Source: Saccharicrinis sp. (GTDB lineage: Bacteria > Bacteroidota > Bacteroidia > Bacteroidales > Marinilabiliaceae). From it: 64,000 nucleotides of DNA. Shown here in pieces: positions 18,738 to 31,979 of this stretch (the stretch's first letter is position 1; each line of letters begins with the position of its first letter). The translations under genes and the position numbers were made by a program. Under the pieces are notes generated by a model that ran no database searches, had not been told where the DNA came from, and saw only the letters and a program-made list of their open reading frames with translations. The stretch lies in NCBI GenBank assembly GCA_024635585.1, contig JAGXIP010000009.1, positions 3,179 to 67,178 of the forward strand, in the 5' to 3' direction.

Positions 18738-20525
18738 TTATCGTTTAATGATTTTTTCGTTGAAGATGGCTTGCCCGTTTGAATCCAAAATCCTTAGAAT
18801 GTATAATCCATTGCCTAGGTGACCGGTATTCAGTGTGACACTATTCAAAGCTTTTTCGTAAGATTGGTGCACTTTTCGTCCATCCATGGTATATAGCTCA
18901 ACTAAAAGATCGAAGGAGTTGTTCCTGGCTTCTATGGTGATGTGATTTCTGAAAGGATTAGGATAAACGGAAAGCGACGGTTCCGGAGCTTCGAAGAGCT
19001 TATCCACAGAAGTGGCGCTTCCCATAATGGTGGCCATTCTGGGCTCAGACCTGTTGTGGAAGAAATCTCGGGCACGGACTTCGATAATGGTATCGCCGGT
19101 AAATGTAAATTCGTCTGATAAAAGGAAGGTGTCTTTTGTAAATGCCACACGCTGTCCTTCAATATATAAATCATAGCCGGTGATCATGCGATCATCAAAG
19201 GATGCATGCCAGTTGACAAGTAATTGTTCACCTGCCCTATAGATTGCAGCCTCTGTAACTGTGGTAGGGACCTGTAAGTCAGGAGATTCATCCATATAGG
19301 CATTAAAAAGGGCTCTTCCGGTGTGGTAAGAGGTTTTCCAAATGTGGCCTTTGCTCGAAGTCGCTGCGGATGCTCTGGTGTCTAAGCCCGTGGAATACCA
19401 GCCTCCATACACATCGTCTATCGCGTATTCTTTAATGTATGCCCATTGTTTGTTGAATAAATCCTGGTATTGTGTTTCTTCCGGATATAATTTTTTCATG
19501 AGCAACAGGGCGTTTAATCCCTCAGCTGTTGTCCACCAGTTTTTTTCAGAATCAATTATGTAATATCCAGGATCGTTGAATTTACCAGCGTTATATATTC
19601 CGCCTTTGTCGTTGTCATAGCCATGCATGAGGGTGATGCCAACAATTTCTTTGATAAAACCCATTATGTCCTCAGGGATATCCTCCTCCATTAACTGATA
19701 AGCATCATGAACGAGGTAGCCGACTTGGACGTTATGACCGAATGATACCTCGTTAAATTTATTGGTTGATGGGGTGAGATCACGCTTAAAGTAGGTATAA
19801 AGGAATCCTTCCGGACCCCTTAATCTTTGGTCCAGCAGATAGATAATGTTATGAATGGCATCATACAGCTGTTGGTTCGGCCAGACATCATACAATGTTG
19901 CGTAGGCTTCTAGCAGGTGCATCACATTATTGTGCTCCTTATCGTCTGATAGATCAGGCACCCCACTCCTTGAGGTATACTGAAAATAGCTGTTGTATTC
20001 TTTGTCGCGACCGTGGTCTTCCACCCAGAGAAAAGTTTTAATGGCCAGATCCAGTGCTTCCTCATCACCCGTGAGAAGGTAGTACATACTTAAGCCATAA
20101 ATGGCGAAAGCTTCACCATAGATCCTCTTCTTGCTTTCCAACTGAGTATTGCCTGTCCGGTCGAGGTGATAAAAGAAGCCGCCATGTTGTTGATCCCACA
20201 TCTTATCCTTGATGAAATTGAAACCATGTGTGGCTAGGTCGGTATACATCTTTTCTTCAGGAAAGAGCAGTGCCGCACGTGAAGTAACCCACAAGTGCCT
20301 GCTTTGCGAAACAATCATTTTGGTATGTTGACCGGAAGGGGTCCAGTCGTATTTGAAATCGGAGCGGTATCCGCCATAAACGGCATCTTTGGCCAGAGGA
20401 TACCAGGCTTTTAAAGTTTTGTCTACAAGGTAATGCTCAAAACTTTGAGCATTTAAGTTTCCAAAAAGCAAACTCAGAAGGCTGATAAGGATCCATCTTT
20501 TCAGATGAGTGTAAGTTTTTATCAT
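18738..20525 (-). CDS. AGE-family (cellobiose/mannobiose 2-epimerase-like) enzyme with signal peptide, Fn3-like domain and T9SS CTD
   Basis: SQSRHLW, YGEAFAIYGLS, NNVMHLLEAY, SFGH, KNWWTTAE and WKTSYHTGR motifs; SLSVYPNPFRN...GLYILRI...KIIKR CTD. Confidence 0.88.
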   Translation of the reverse strand: MIKTYTHLKRWILISLLSLLFGNLNAQSFEHYLVDKTLKAWYPLAKDAVYGGYRSDFKYDWTPSGQHTKMIVSQSRHLWVTSRAALLFPEEKMYTDLATHGFNFIKDKMWDQQHGGFFYHLDRTGNTQLESKKRIYGEAFAIYGLSMYYLLTGDEEALDLAIKTFLWVEDHGRDKEYNSYFQYTSRSGVPDLSDDKEHNNVMHLLEAYATLYDVWPNQQLYDAIHNIIYLLDQRLRGPEGFLYTYFKRDLTPSTNKFNEVSFGHNVQVGYLVHDAYQLMEEDIPEDIMGFIKEIVGITLMHGYDNDKGGIYNAGKFNDPGYYIIDSEKNWWTTAEGLNALLLMKKLYPEETQYQDLFNKQWAYIKEYAIDDVYGGWYSTGLDTRASAATSSKGHIWKTSYHTGRALFNAYMDESPDLQVPTTVTEAAIYRAGEQLLVNWHASFDDRMITGYDLYIEGQRVAFTKDTFLLSDEFTFTGDTIIEVRARDFFHNRSEPRMATIMGSATSVDKLFEAPEPSLSVYPNPFRNHITIEARNNSFDLLVELYTMDGRKVHQSYEKALNSVTLNTGHLGNGLYILRILDSNGQAIFNEKIIKR

Positions 20526-20585
20526 TTTCTTGCTATTATTTAGAACTGTTTAAGGTTTATTTTTAGAGTTTATTCGTTATAGAGT

Positions 20586-20637
20586 AAAAAAATGAGCGCC
20601 TGACAGATAAAATAATTCTACCAAGGCTACTCATTTT
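20586..20637 (-). terminator. Intrinsic terminator just after the susD remnant
   Basis: Minus strand AAAATGAGTAGCCT...AGGCGCTCATTTTTTT. Confidence 0.65.
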
Positions 20638-20651
20638 CTAAAGGGTATGTA

Positions 20652-20714
20652 TTATTCCCAACCTGGGTTTTGTATCAGCTTTTTGTTCAATTCAAGCTGG
20701 GTTACTGAGAAGGT
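20652..20714 (-). pseudogene. 3'-terminal remnant of a susD/ragB gene
   Basis: Hand translation TFSVTQLELNKKLIQNPGWE*; the L.QNPGW* ending is the typical SusD C-terminus; abuts the repeat boundary at 20716. Confidence 0.7.
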
Positions 20715-20715
20715 C

Positions 20716-21276
20716 TGTTGCAAATAGTAAATTATTGTAGCCATACTTTAAAGCAAGTGCAAGGTATTATTCAATAGGCATTGTGTTACTTGTCAATTAA
20801 ACCAAAATTCCATGTCAAACCATTCAAAGGCTAGAAAGCCATATAGAATGTAGGCTACAACGGGTATTTTTTCCGCTTACTATCACAATAGTCCACAATT
20901 TAAAACCAGAAAGCACCTTTGCGTAGATGCAAACTACAACCGATGAGCACCTAAAAGCAAAAAAACGCCTGAGGTGATTACCCCGACGTTTTTTATTAAA
21001 ATAATTCGATAAATCAATTGCAGATAAAATTGATTATTAATCCGTTTCAATGTAAAAAACATGGTCGCGATAAGTGCAGACATCAGGATAACCATTGGTT
21101 CCAGGCATTAAGTTAATCCGTTCCTTGAAGTCTGATGATAAAAAAGCACTCTTCACAGCAAGCTCATTTGCAGAATCGCTAAGCAATTTGGAGGGATCGA
21201 AGGGTACCGGGGGAAACTGACCATTCCCTTCGCGCCGAATACCATGACCTCCGGCATAACTACCTACCGACCAATT
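20716..21276. repeat. 561-bp direct repeat, copy 2
   Basis: See 17962-18522. Confidence 0.92.
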
Positions 21277-22077
21277 TGCCAGAGTGAAGCCTCTATCCTC
21301 TCCTATCTCATCAATCATAAGCATAAAAGCATAGCGCTTGCCGGGTTCAAGAATGATATCTGAGGTCTCAGGAACAATATACTGCAAGAATTTACCTTTT
21401 AAATCGGGATGGTCCGGCGATACCGCCACCGTATCGTTATCAAAACCAAAATCCTTTTTAAGAGGAAACTGGTATCCGCTGAATACTTCTATAGATTTAA
21501 ATTCCAATCCTTCATAATAATCATCCCGATGGTGGGCAATTGCCTCACTGTATCGGTTATGCGGAAATCCATGCAAGGCACTCATAGTACTATCGCTGCC
21601 ATTATTATTAAGCGTGCCGTTGCCAATTACCTTCAAAAACTGCAATGATATATTTTGTCCGTACATGCCTTCACGCACCACATTGGAACCAAAACCTAAG
21701 CGAACGGTAACGGATTTCAGTTGTTTAGCACTCAACGAGTCTGGATAAGTAAAAATTTGTCCCAGATCACGATTTCGCTTAAGATAAGCCACCTCGTGCC
21801 CCTCCTTTGTAAAATAACCAAAACCACCCGTCTCTTCAACGGATTCGCCTGACCATTTAATGGAAACACTGGAATCATTAGCCACTGAGGTGTTACCTTC
21901 ACGACTAAACCCCTCATTAAACACCACAACATTTCCCATCCGTACAGTATCGGATAACATCAGGATTTGATCAGATGAAGACGACACAGATGGGCTACAT
22001 CCCCCCAAGACCAATTCACCAATTAAAAAAACAAATACTGCTTTTTTAAGATTATTTAAAGCTAAAAAACCTATCAT
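21037..22077 (-). CDS. Hypothetical lipoprotein of unknown function
   Basis: Lipobox VLGGC; no family recognised; conserved GGHGIRREG and TNGYPDVCTYRD; decayed paralogue nearby supports coding status. Confidence 0.75.
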   Translation of the reverse strand: MIGFLALNNLKKAVFVFLIGELVLGGCSPSVSSSSDQILMLSDTVRMGNVVVFNEGFSREGNTSVANDSSVSIKWSGESVEETGGFGYFTKEGHEVAYLKRNRDLGQIFTYPDSLSAKQLKSVTVRLGFGSNVVREGMYGQNISLQFLKVIGNGTLNNNGSDSTMSALHGFPHNRYSEAIAHHRDDYYEGLEFKSIEVFSGYQFPLKKDFGFDNDTVAVSPDHPDLKGKFLQYIVPETSDIILEPGKRYAFMLMIDEIGEDRGFTLANWSVGSYAGGHGIRREGNGQFPPVPFDPSKLLSDSANELAVKSAFLSSDFKERINLMPGTNGYPDVCTYRDHVFYIETD

Positions 22078-22189
22078 TATATATATTAATCCAATTTTTA
22101 TATGAGATACGTTTTATACGGGGCACTCACTATCAAGCTTCATTTATATTAGCATTACACCAAGTGCCAATCCCATTTAATTAGGGATA

Positions 22190-24325
22190 TTACTTCACTA
22201 AAACCTCATCTTCCGAAACAATCTGGCCATTAAACCATCCTTCGGCAATAATCTTATCACCGGTTATCTCCACATTATTCCATTGAAAACGCGTATCGCC
22301 TCTTGGCCCGGCATTTTTAATATTTGTGCCTAATAGCAGTGATTTATCTCCATTATATAAGCTTACCGAATCGCAATTGCTATACGCCCATATTCTGGCA
22401 TCCTTTGCATGTTCTTTATTATCAGTCCATGTGCTTGGTACAATATATAACATGGGATAATCACTGGCTTCGCGATACATACTTTGATACATATAATACA
22501 CATCCTTTTTGGTAACATGATCATGCATTATTAAACCTTTTTGATTCATAAAAGGAATTGGATTTGTATTACGCTCTAACCTAGGGGACGCAAAATCGAA
22601 TCCGATCCACGCAAAATGCCCAGGGAAACTATCTTTATATGCTTCTCCTATCGACACTTTGTATTCATGTAAAAATGCGCCGTATTCTTGCGACCAGAAT
22701 TCAGGTTTTCCTGAAGCACTATAATCCACATTGGCATCAAAAACTTCGTTGCTACGATTATTTACATCCACATCGGCACCATGCTCCCCAATAATCTCTT
22801 TTGGCTTATAAGATGCTGCCGTATTGCGATACCACCCTCCCCAATTCTGAGGTGAATAAACATCTACTAAATTTTGATTAGACTCATAATTAAAATTACA
22901 ACCCGTTACCGTTCTATTGGGATCAAGTTCCCTGCCTAGTTTTACTAATGCACCAAAAACTTTATTAGACACGGCTTCACCACCTCCGGAGCGATCCGAT
23001 TCGTTTCCAATACCCCAAATTATAACAGCCGGATTATTGTAATGCTGCTCTATCATTTCCTTCATCTGGCTTTTGCAATTCTCTAAAAACAATGGATTTT
23101 CAGAAGTACTTCCAGTTAAAGGGATTTCTAACCAAAGCATCATCCCCATTTCCATAGCAGCTTTTGCAAAAGCCTGATCACTTGGATAATGTGCATGTCG
23201 AATAAAGTTGAAGCCCGCGTCTTTGAGTAAACGAACATCTTTAACATGCTGCTCATTAGACAAAGCATAGCCTACGCCTTCCATATCCTGATGCCTATTG
23301 ATTCCTCTAATAAGTAACTTTTCACCATTCAACTTAAATGGCTGATGATTGGCAAGAGAATAATATCTAAAACCAAATACACTTTCGAACTGATCTACCT
23401 CTATGCCATCCACACTTAACGATGATTTTACTTGGTACACATGAGGAGAATCCGGACTCCATAAAAACATATCTCCTATGGATGACTCCGATTGTGTAAT
23501 AGTTACTGATTCTCCGGCCGGTATAATCTTTTTCCTTTTTAAAGTAGTTACTTCCTCACCTTTTGGGTTATAAACAACAGTAGTAAGCACGGTTGTTTTT
23601 TCCTTTTTAGAATAGTTTTTAATATGCGTATTCATGGTTAATACGGCAGCAGCCGCGCCACCGCAAACCGGGGTGTTAAAAACATTTTCAATTTTCACTT
23701 CATCCGTAATTGTTAACCACACGTCTCTGTAAATTCCACCATAAACAGCGTAATCAAAACTATAAGGATATGGAAGTTTCTCATCCGCCATCCAAGGAGC
23801 AATAGCCGAATTGTTCGTATTGTCGGCTCTTACCACTAAGGTATTTGATTTTCCGAAATTGATATAATCAGTTACGTCAAGTGAAAAAGCAGTATAGCCC
23901 CCTTCGTGCTTACCTACCTCTTTACCATTGACCCAAACTGTGGCCACTAAAGAAACGGCTTCAAACTCAACAAAAACTCTTTTCCCTGCATACTTATCAT
24001 CCATACTAAATTGGGTCCGATAAAAAGCCGGACCTTTATACATGGTGCGATTATCTGGATCAAATTTAAAATCAAATCGTCCTTTAAACACATCGTCATT
24101 TACACCATCAATTCCACCGTTAAAATCGTGAGGAATGCTTACCGACAACCAATCCTGATCGTCGAATTTTGTTTTAAAACCATTTTTTACGTCTCCCTTC
24201 TTAAACTTCCACACATTATTATTTAATGAATAACGTGTGCGCTCAAATCCTTCGTCGGGACTAATGAAACTTAAAAACATCAGCGATATCAATCCCGATG
24301 CGATAAAAAAAATTGTATTCTTCAT
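22190..24325 (-). CDS. GH2 glycoside hydrolase (substrate uncertain)
   Basis: HEGGYTAF, YGGIYRDV, GINRHQD, IRHAHYP and WGIGNE motifs. Confidence 0.9.
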   Translation of the reverse strand: MKNTIFFIASGLISLMFLSFISPDEGFERTRYSLNNNVWKFKKGDVKNGFKTKFDDQDWLSVSIPHDFNGGIDGVNDDVFKGRFDFKFDPDNRTMYKGPAFYRTQFSMDDKYAGKRVFVEFEAVSLVATVWVNGKEVGKHEGGYTAFSLDVTDYINFGKSNTLVVRADNTNNSAIAPWMADEKLPYPYSFDYAVYGGIYRDVWLTITDEVKIENVFNTPVCGGAAAAVLTMNTHIKNYSKKEKTTVLTTVVYNPKGEEVTTLKRKKIIPAGESVTITQSESSIGDMFLWSPDSPHVYQVKSSLSVDGIEVDQFESVFGFRYYSLANHQPFKLNGEKLLIRGINRHQDMEGVGYALSNEQHVKDVRLLKDAGFNFIRHAHYPSDQAFAKAAMEMGMMLWLEIPLTGSTSENPLFLENCKSQMKEMIEQHYNNPAVIIWGIGNESDRSGGGEAVSNKVFGALVKLGRELDPNRTVTGCNFNYESNQNLVDVYSPQNWGGWYRNTAASYKPKEIIGEHGADVDVNNRSNEVFDANVDYSASGKPEFWSQEYGAFLHEYKVSIGEAYKDSFPGHFAWIGFDFASPRLERNTNPIPFMNQKGLIMHDHVTKKDVYYMYQSMYREASDYPMLYIVPSTWTDNKEHAKDARIWAYSNCDSVSLYNGDKSLLLGTNIKNAGPRGDTRFQWNNVEITGDKIIAEGWFNGQIVSEDEVLVK

Positions 24326-24488
24326 AATTTATGTTTCTAAATATTAATGTCTTATATGGATTCTATCTCTATTAATTCTTTTGCTGTAAGTCAAAATTCG
24401 ATTGAACAGCTACGGCAACTTCAATAGTAGATACCTAACAGAGTCATTTAACAATGGGCCTATCATGGCTGGTTTTTAATGCGAAGCT

Positions 24489-27689
<3,201 letters not shown>

Positions 27690-27716
27690 TCAGGTTACTC
27701 CGAGAGGTGAAAAAAA

Positions 27717-30700
27717 TTATGATTTTTCGGTATATTTTGATGGCGTAACTCCAAACTGCGACTTGAAGCATTTTCTGAAATAATCGAGATCAGAAAAACC
27801 GACCATGTAAGCCACTTCGGAAATGGAGTTGCTATTTTGGGTAATAATTTGGCCTGCTCGTTTGATTCGCAACATCCGAATAAATTCTACCGGAGAAAAA
27901 TCTGTTATCGCCTTCAATTTCCTGAAAAGCTGAGAACGGCTCATACCCACATCCTGACATAGGACATCCACATTATACTCTGAATCACTCATATGAGATT
28001 CTACACTCTGAATGGCACTTTCTATGAATTTTTCCTCCATGGAAGGGATGTTCACTTTACCCGGAGACAATGCCAACCCTTTGCCGAATATCTGCCGCAA
28101 TTTAATTCTATTATCAATTAAGTTTTTTATGCGTACCAGAAGATGGCCAATTTCAAACGGCTTTGAGATATAATCATCGGCTCCCAATTGGTATCCTTCC
28201 ATTCTACTTCCTTCATTTGCCTTGGCTGTAAGTAATATCACCGGTATGTGCGATGTTCGTTCGTCTTCTTTTACAGCTTCGCACAGTTGAAAACCATCCA
28301 TTCGTGGCATCATTACATCCGATATAATTATGTCTGGGAGCTTTTCAAATGCCAACTGCATTCCGTCTTCACCATCGTTTGCGGTAATTACAGAATAACT
28401 AAGGCTCAAACGTTCGGCAATATACTCTCGCAAATCCTGATTATCCTCAACCAGCAACACGATGGATGCATTGCTTATTTCAGTTGTTTCAGTATAAAAA
28501 TTTTTCGAATCGGCTAAACTCTCCAGGCTTCCCTCGCCCAAGCCACTAAATACAACTTGGGGAGACAATTGTATATTATCCTCGGAATAATCATCCGCCG
28601 AGGCAGGGACTCTTAAAATAAATTTGGATCCCTCGCCTGGGGCACTGACCAAATCGATGCGACCCTTATGAACCATCGCCAGTTGATTTGAAAGAGAAAG
28701 ACCAATACCGGTACTGGGGGCGCTAAAAACATCTTTATTAAAAGCATAGTACCTTTCAAATATCCTTTTTTGGTTTTCCAAAGAAATACCTACCCCATTA
28801 TCCTGAACAACAATTTCAATTTCCTGATTTTGATTTTCATGTATAAAAACAAATACATCTATACTGCCTCCATTGGGCGTGTTTTTAAACGCATTGGATA
28901 TAAGATTATACATGATTTTTTCAATTTTGTCGCTATCGAAATAAACCATTGCTTTTTCCACACTACAGTGGAAGTTATAAAAAACACCAGCATCTTCTGC
29001 TTTAAAAGAAAAGGCTTCAAAAATTGATCGGGCATAACTAACGATGTCACCTTGAGATATATTTAACCGAATATGCCCAGCCTCTATTTTAGAAATATCC
29101 AAAAGCTGATTAATCAACTTTAACAAGCGCAAGGAATTTTTATATATAAGATTAACCTGCTTTTTAAGTGAAATAGATAATTCGGGCATTACTGAAATTT
29201 CTTTTAGCGGAGAAATGATTAACGTAAGTGGAGTGCGGAATTCGTGAGAAACATTACTAAAGAAAATACTCTTGAAATAATCTATTTCACGGATTTTGTC
29301 CAACTCCATTTTCTCAATTTTCAGTCGCGATTCGGTTTTTTGTTTGGCCAGTACCAGCCGTGCAAAGCCAATAATTGATAAGGTTAACAATATTAAATAA
29401 AGTAAAAAGGCCTGCCATGTCTGCCATGGTGGAGGCAACACCTGAACAGCAAGACTCGCGCCTTCCATATTCCAAATGCCATCACTATTGGATGCTCGCA
29501 CTTTAAAATTATATTTGTCTGGTTTTAAGTTGGTATACGTTACCGATCGTTGGGAACCAACCGCCACCCAGTCGTTATCAAATCCCTCCAATTTATATGC
29601 ATATTGGTTGTTATCGCTATTTGTATACGACAGTGCAGCATATTCAATGGTAAGTACCGGCTGCTTGTAGTTGAGTACCACTTCATCTGCCTTTTCGATA
29701 CTTTTTTTCAATGTTTTACTTTCAGGGTCGGCTTTAAAATTGGTATTCATTATTTTTAACCCTGTAAGTACTACCGGAGGTTTATAAGGATTTACCTTGA
29801 TACTATCCGGAAAAAAAGAACTGATTCCATAAACGCCCCCTAAAAACACTTCTCCATTTGCAAACTGATAAATAGCCCCTGGGCGAAAGCTAACATCCAA
29901 CAATCCGTCTCTAGCCCCATAATTAATAAAGGTTATTTCAAAATCATTTAGATTATTAAAAGTCACTATTTCGCCGTTTGTTTGGATAATAAGTTTAGAT
30001 ACCCCACCATCCGTTGCTGTCCAAATATTTCCATTGCTATCCTCAAAAATGGAAGAGACAGAATTTCCTGCCAAACCTTCATTGATGGAGAAGTTTCTAA
30101 ATTTGCCCGAGTAATCCACAGCACACGACAGACCTGCTGAGGTGCCTATCCATAACATGCCTCGTCTATCCTGAAATATTTGTCGAACAAAACCATTGGA
30201 TAAAGAAGATGCATCATTAAGATTGTGTCGAAAAACTGTAAATGAGTTGGTGTCTATATTAAATCTGTTTAAACCATTATTGGCACCTACCCATAAAACA
30301 CCGTTTTGATCTTCGTATATGGTTGTAACATGCTTATGACTTAATGAACCCACGGTAAAAGGTGTTGATTCGTAAACAACAAAGCTGTCAGTCAATCGCT
30401 GGTGTACAAATAATCCATTTTGAGTTCCAACCCAAATGGTTTTTCTGCTATCTTCAAACAGAGCAGTACAAAAACCAGGCATAACCAACTCTGCTGCTGA
30501 GGGATCTGACTTGTATCGCCAAAGTCCTTTATTTGTGGCTACCCATGTAATTCCAAAACTATCGAATAATATGGCAGGTACATACATACCGGAAAGGTAA
30601 GATTTGTCATTTTGATCAATAACAAAACGATTGCTTTTTGATTTAAGAACTTGGCTGGGTAAAGAATAAAAGCCTGAATCTGTTCCAATTAAGCATTGTC

Positions 30701-31853
30701 CCTTAGCATCTATCTGAATGCAGTTAAAATGAACGGGACGAGGAGGAAAAATGCCTTTTGAAACACGAGGGGTAAAACGTTTAGAAAGCGGATCCCATTT
30801 GTCGGCATAGCCCTCCCAGCCTCCAAGCCATATTACCCCTGAACTGTCTTGAGTAATGGACCAAACTGCATTGTTACTTATGCTGTTTGGATTATGTATG
30901 TCGGAATAATAATATTCGACAGAATCACTTTTAGGATCAAAAACATTCAATCCATTCTCGGTACCAATCCAAACCACACCGTGGTTATCTTCAAATACAG
31001 AATAAACAATATTACTAGACAACTTTCTGCTGGCATTCCCTTCTGTATGAAAATGTGTAGAACTACCATTACTGAAATTTACACGAATAACACCTTGCCC
31101 ACGCGTTGCAATCCAAATATTTTGTTTTGAATCTTGATAAAGATCCCAAACAAAATATTTGGGCGACTCATCGCTGTTATCCATGTATTGCAAAATATCG
31201 TAGTGCTGCTGTGTTCCTTTTTCTGGATCAAACAAAAACAGACCAAGGGAATAAGTGCCAACCCAAAAATTTTCACTCTTATCTTCCAAACACGCCATTA
31301 CGGCTCTATTAAGTTGCTTTGATATAGGGTTTTCTTCCATGTAGTAACGATCAAATTTACCGGTTTGCTGATTCAGCTTATTTAAACCGTCCTCGGTGCA
31401 TACCCAAATATCATCACTCTTATCCTGATAAATGCTAAGGACATCATTATGGCTTAAAGAATTTTCGTCCTTTTCATTGTAAACATATCGTTTAAAATAA
31501 TCGTAGTCCGCTACATATCTATTTAATCCACCACCAACAGTGCCCACCCAGAGCACCCCGTTTCTATCTACCAACAAAGATCGAATATGGCTGGATCCAA
31601 TACTGCTAACATCACCAGCAGTATATCTATACTCTTTTGTTTCGTAACCATCATACCGCCATAAACCATCGCGGGTGGCAAACCACATAAATCCGCTATG
31701 ATCCTGGACAATGGCAAAAATAGTTGTCTCGGACATTTTTTTAGGAATAGCCCGTTCAAAGGCATAATCTTGCGAATAGCTAACTGAAATAAATTGACAA
31801 GCCACCATCATAAATAAAATCAAATTGCTCTTCATTGTCATTATGCTTCGCAT
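27717..31853 (-). CDS. Hybrid two-component sensor/regulator (HTCS)
   Basis: Reg_prop repeats, Y_Y_Y, TM, SHEFRTPL HisKA, HATPase, ISDVMMP receiver, AraC HTH. Confidence 0.95.
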   Translation of the reverse strand: MRSIMTMKSNLILFMMVACQFISVSYSQDYAFERAIPKKMSETTIFAIVQDHSGFMWFATRDGLWRYDGYETKEYRYTAGDVSSIGSSHIRSLLVDRNGVLWVGTVGGGLNRYVADYDYFKRYVYNEKDENSLSHNDVLSIYQDKSDDIWVCTEDGLNKLNQQTGKFDRYYMEENPISKQLNRAVMACLEDKSENFWVGTYSLGLFLFDPEKGTQQHYDILQYMDNSDESPKYFVWDLYQDSKQNIWIATRGQGVIRVNFSNGSSTHFHTEGNASRKLSSNIVYSVFEDNHGVVWIGTENGLNVFDPKSDSVEYYYSDIHNPNSISNNAVWSITQDSSGVIWLGGWEGYADKWDPLSKRFTPRVSKGIFPPRPVHFNCIQIDAKGQCLIGTDSGFYSLPSQVLKSKSNRFVIDQNDKSYLSGMYVPAILFDSFGITWVATNKGLWRYKSDPSAAELVMPGFCTALFEDSRKTIWVGTQNGLFVHQRLTDSFVVYESTPFTVGSLSHKHVTTIYEDQNGVLWVGANNGLNRFNIDTNSFTVFRHNLNDASSLSNGFVRQIFQDRRGMLWIGTSAGLSCAVDYSGKFRNFSINEGLAGNSVSSIFEDSNGNIWTATDGGVSKLIIQTNGEIVTFNNLNDFEITFINYGARDGLLDVSFRPGAIYQFANGEVFLGGVYGISSFFPDSIKVNPYKPPVVLTGLKIMNTNFKADPESKTLKKSIEKADEVVLNYKQPVLTIEYAALSYTNSDNNQYAYKLEGFDNDWVAVGSQRSVTYTNLKPDKYNFKVRASNSDGIWNMEGASLAVQVLPPPWQTWQAFLLYLILLTLSIIGFARLVLAKQKTESRLKIEKMELDKIREIDYFKSIFFSNVSHEFRTPLTLIISPLKEISVMPELSISLKKQVNLIYKNSLRLLKLINQLLDISKIEAGHIRLNISQGDIVSYARSIFEAFSFKAEDAGVFYNFHCSVEKAMVYFDSDKIEKIMYNLISNAFKNTPNGGSIDVFVFIHENQNQEIEIVVQDNGVGISLENQKRIFERYYAFNKDVFSAPSTGIGLSLSNQLAMVHKGRIDLVSAPGEGSKFILRVPASADDYSEDNIQLSPQVVFSGLGEGSLESLADSKNFYTETTEISNASIVLLVEDNQDLREYIAERLSLSYSVITANDGEDGMQLAFEKLPDIIISDVMMPRMDGFQLCEAVKEDERTSHIPVILLTAKANEGSRMEGYQLGADDYISKPFEIGHLLVRIKNLIDNRIKLRQIFGKGLALSPGKVNIPSMEEKFIESAIQSVESHMSDSEYNVDVLCQDVGMSRSQLFRKLKAITDFSPVEFIRMLRIKRAGQIITQNSNSISEVAYMVGFSDLDYFRKCFKSQFGVTPSKYTEKS

Positions 31854-31979
31854 TTAAAAAAGTAATGGTTTTAAAAATGTAAAATATCAGTATAAAAAAC
31901 CTGCTTTAATTAAAAAAAATAAATTTCAAATAAAATATTCTCAAATTATAAACTTAAATTGATTCTACAACTTAATTTT

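Noticed and set aside
14366-21276. CRISPR array or IS explanation for the repeats
   Set aside because: Repeats are long, two-copy and gene-derived; no spacers, cas genes, TIRs or transposase.
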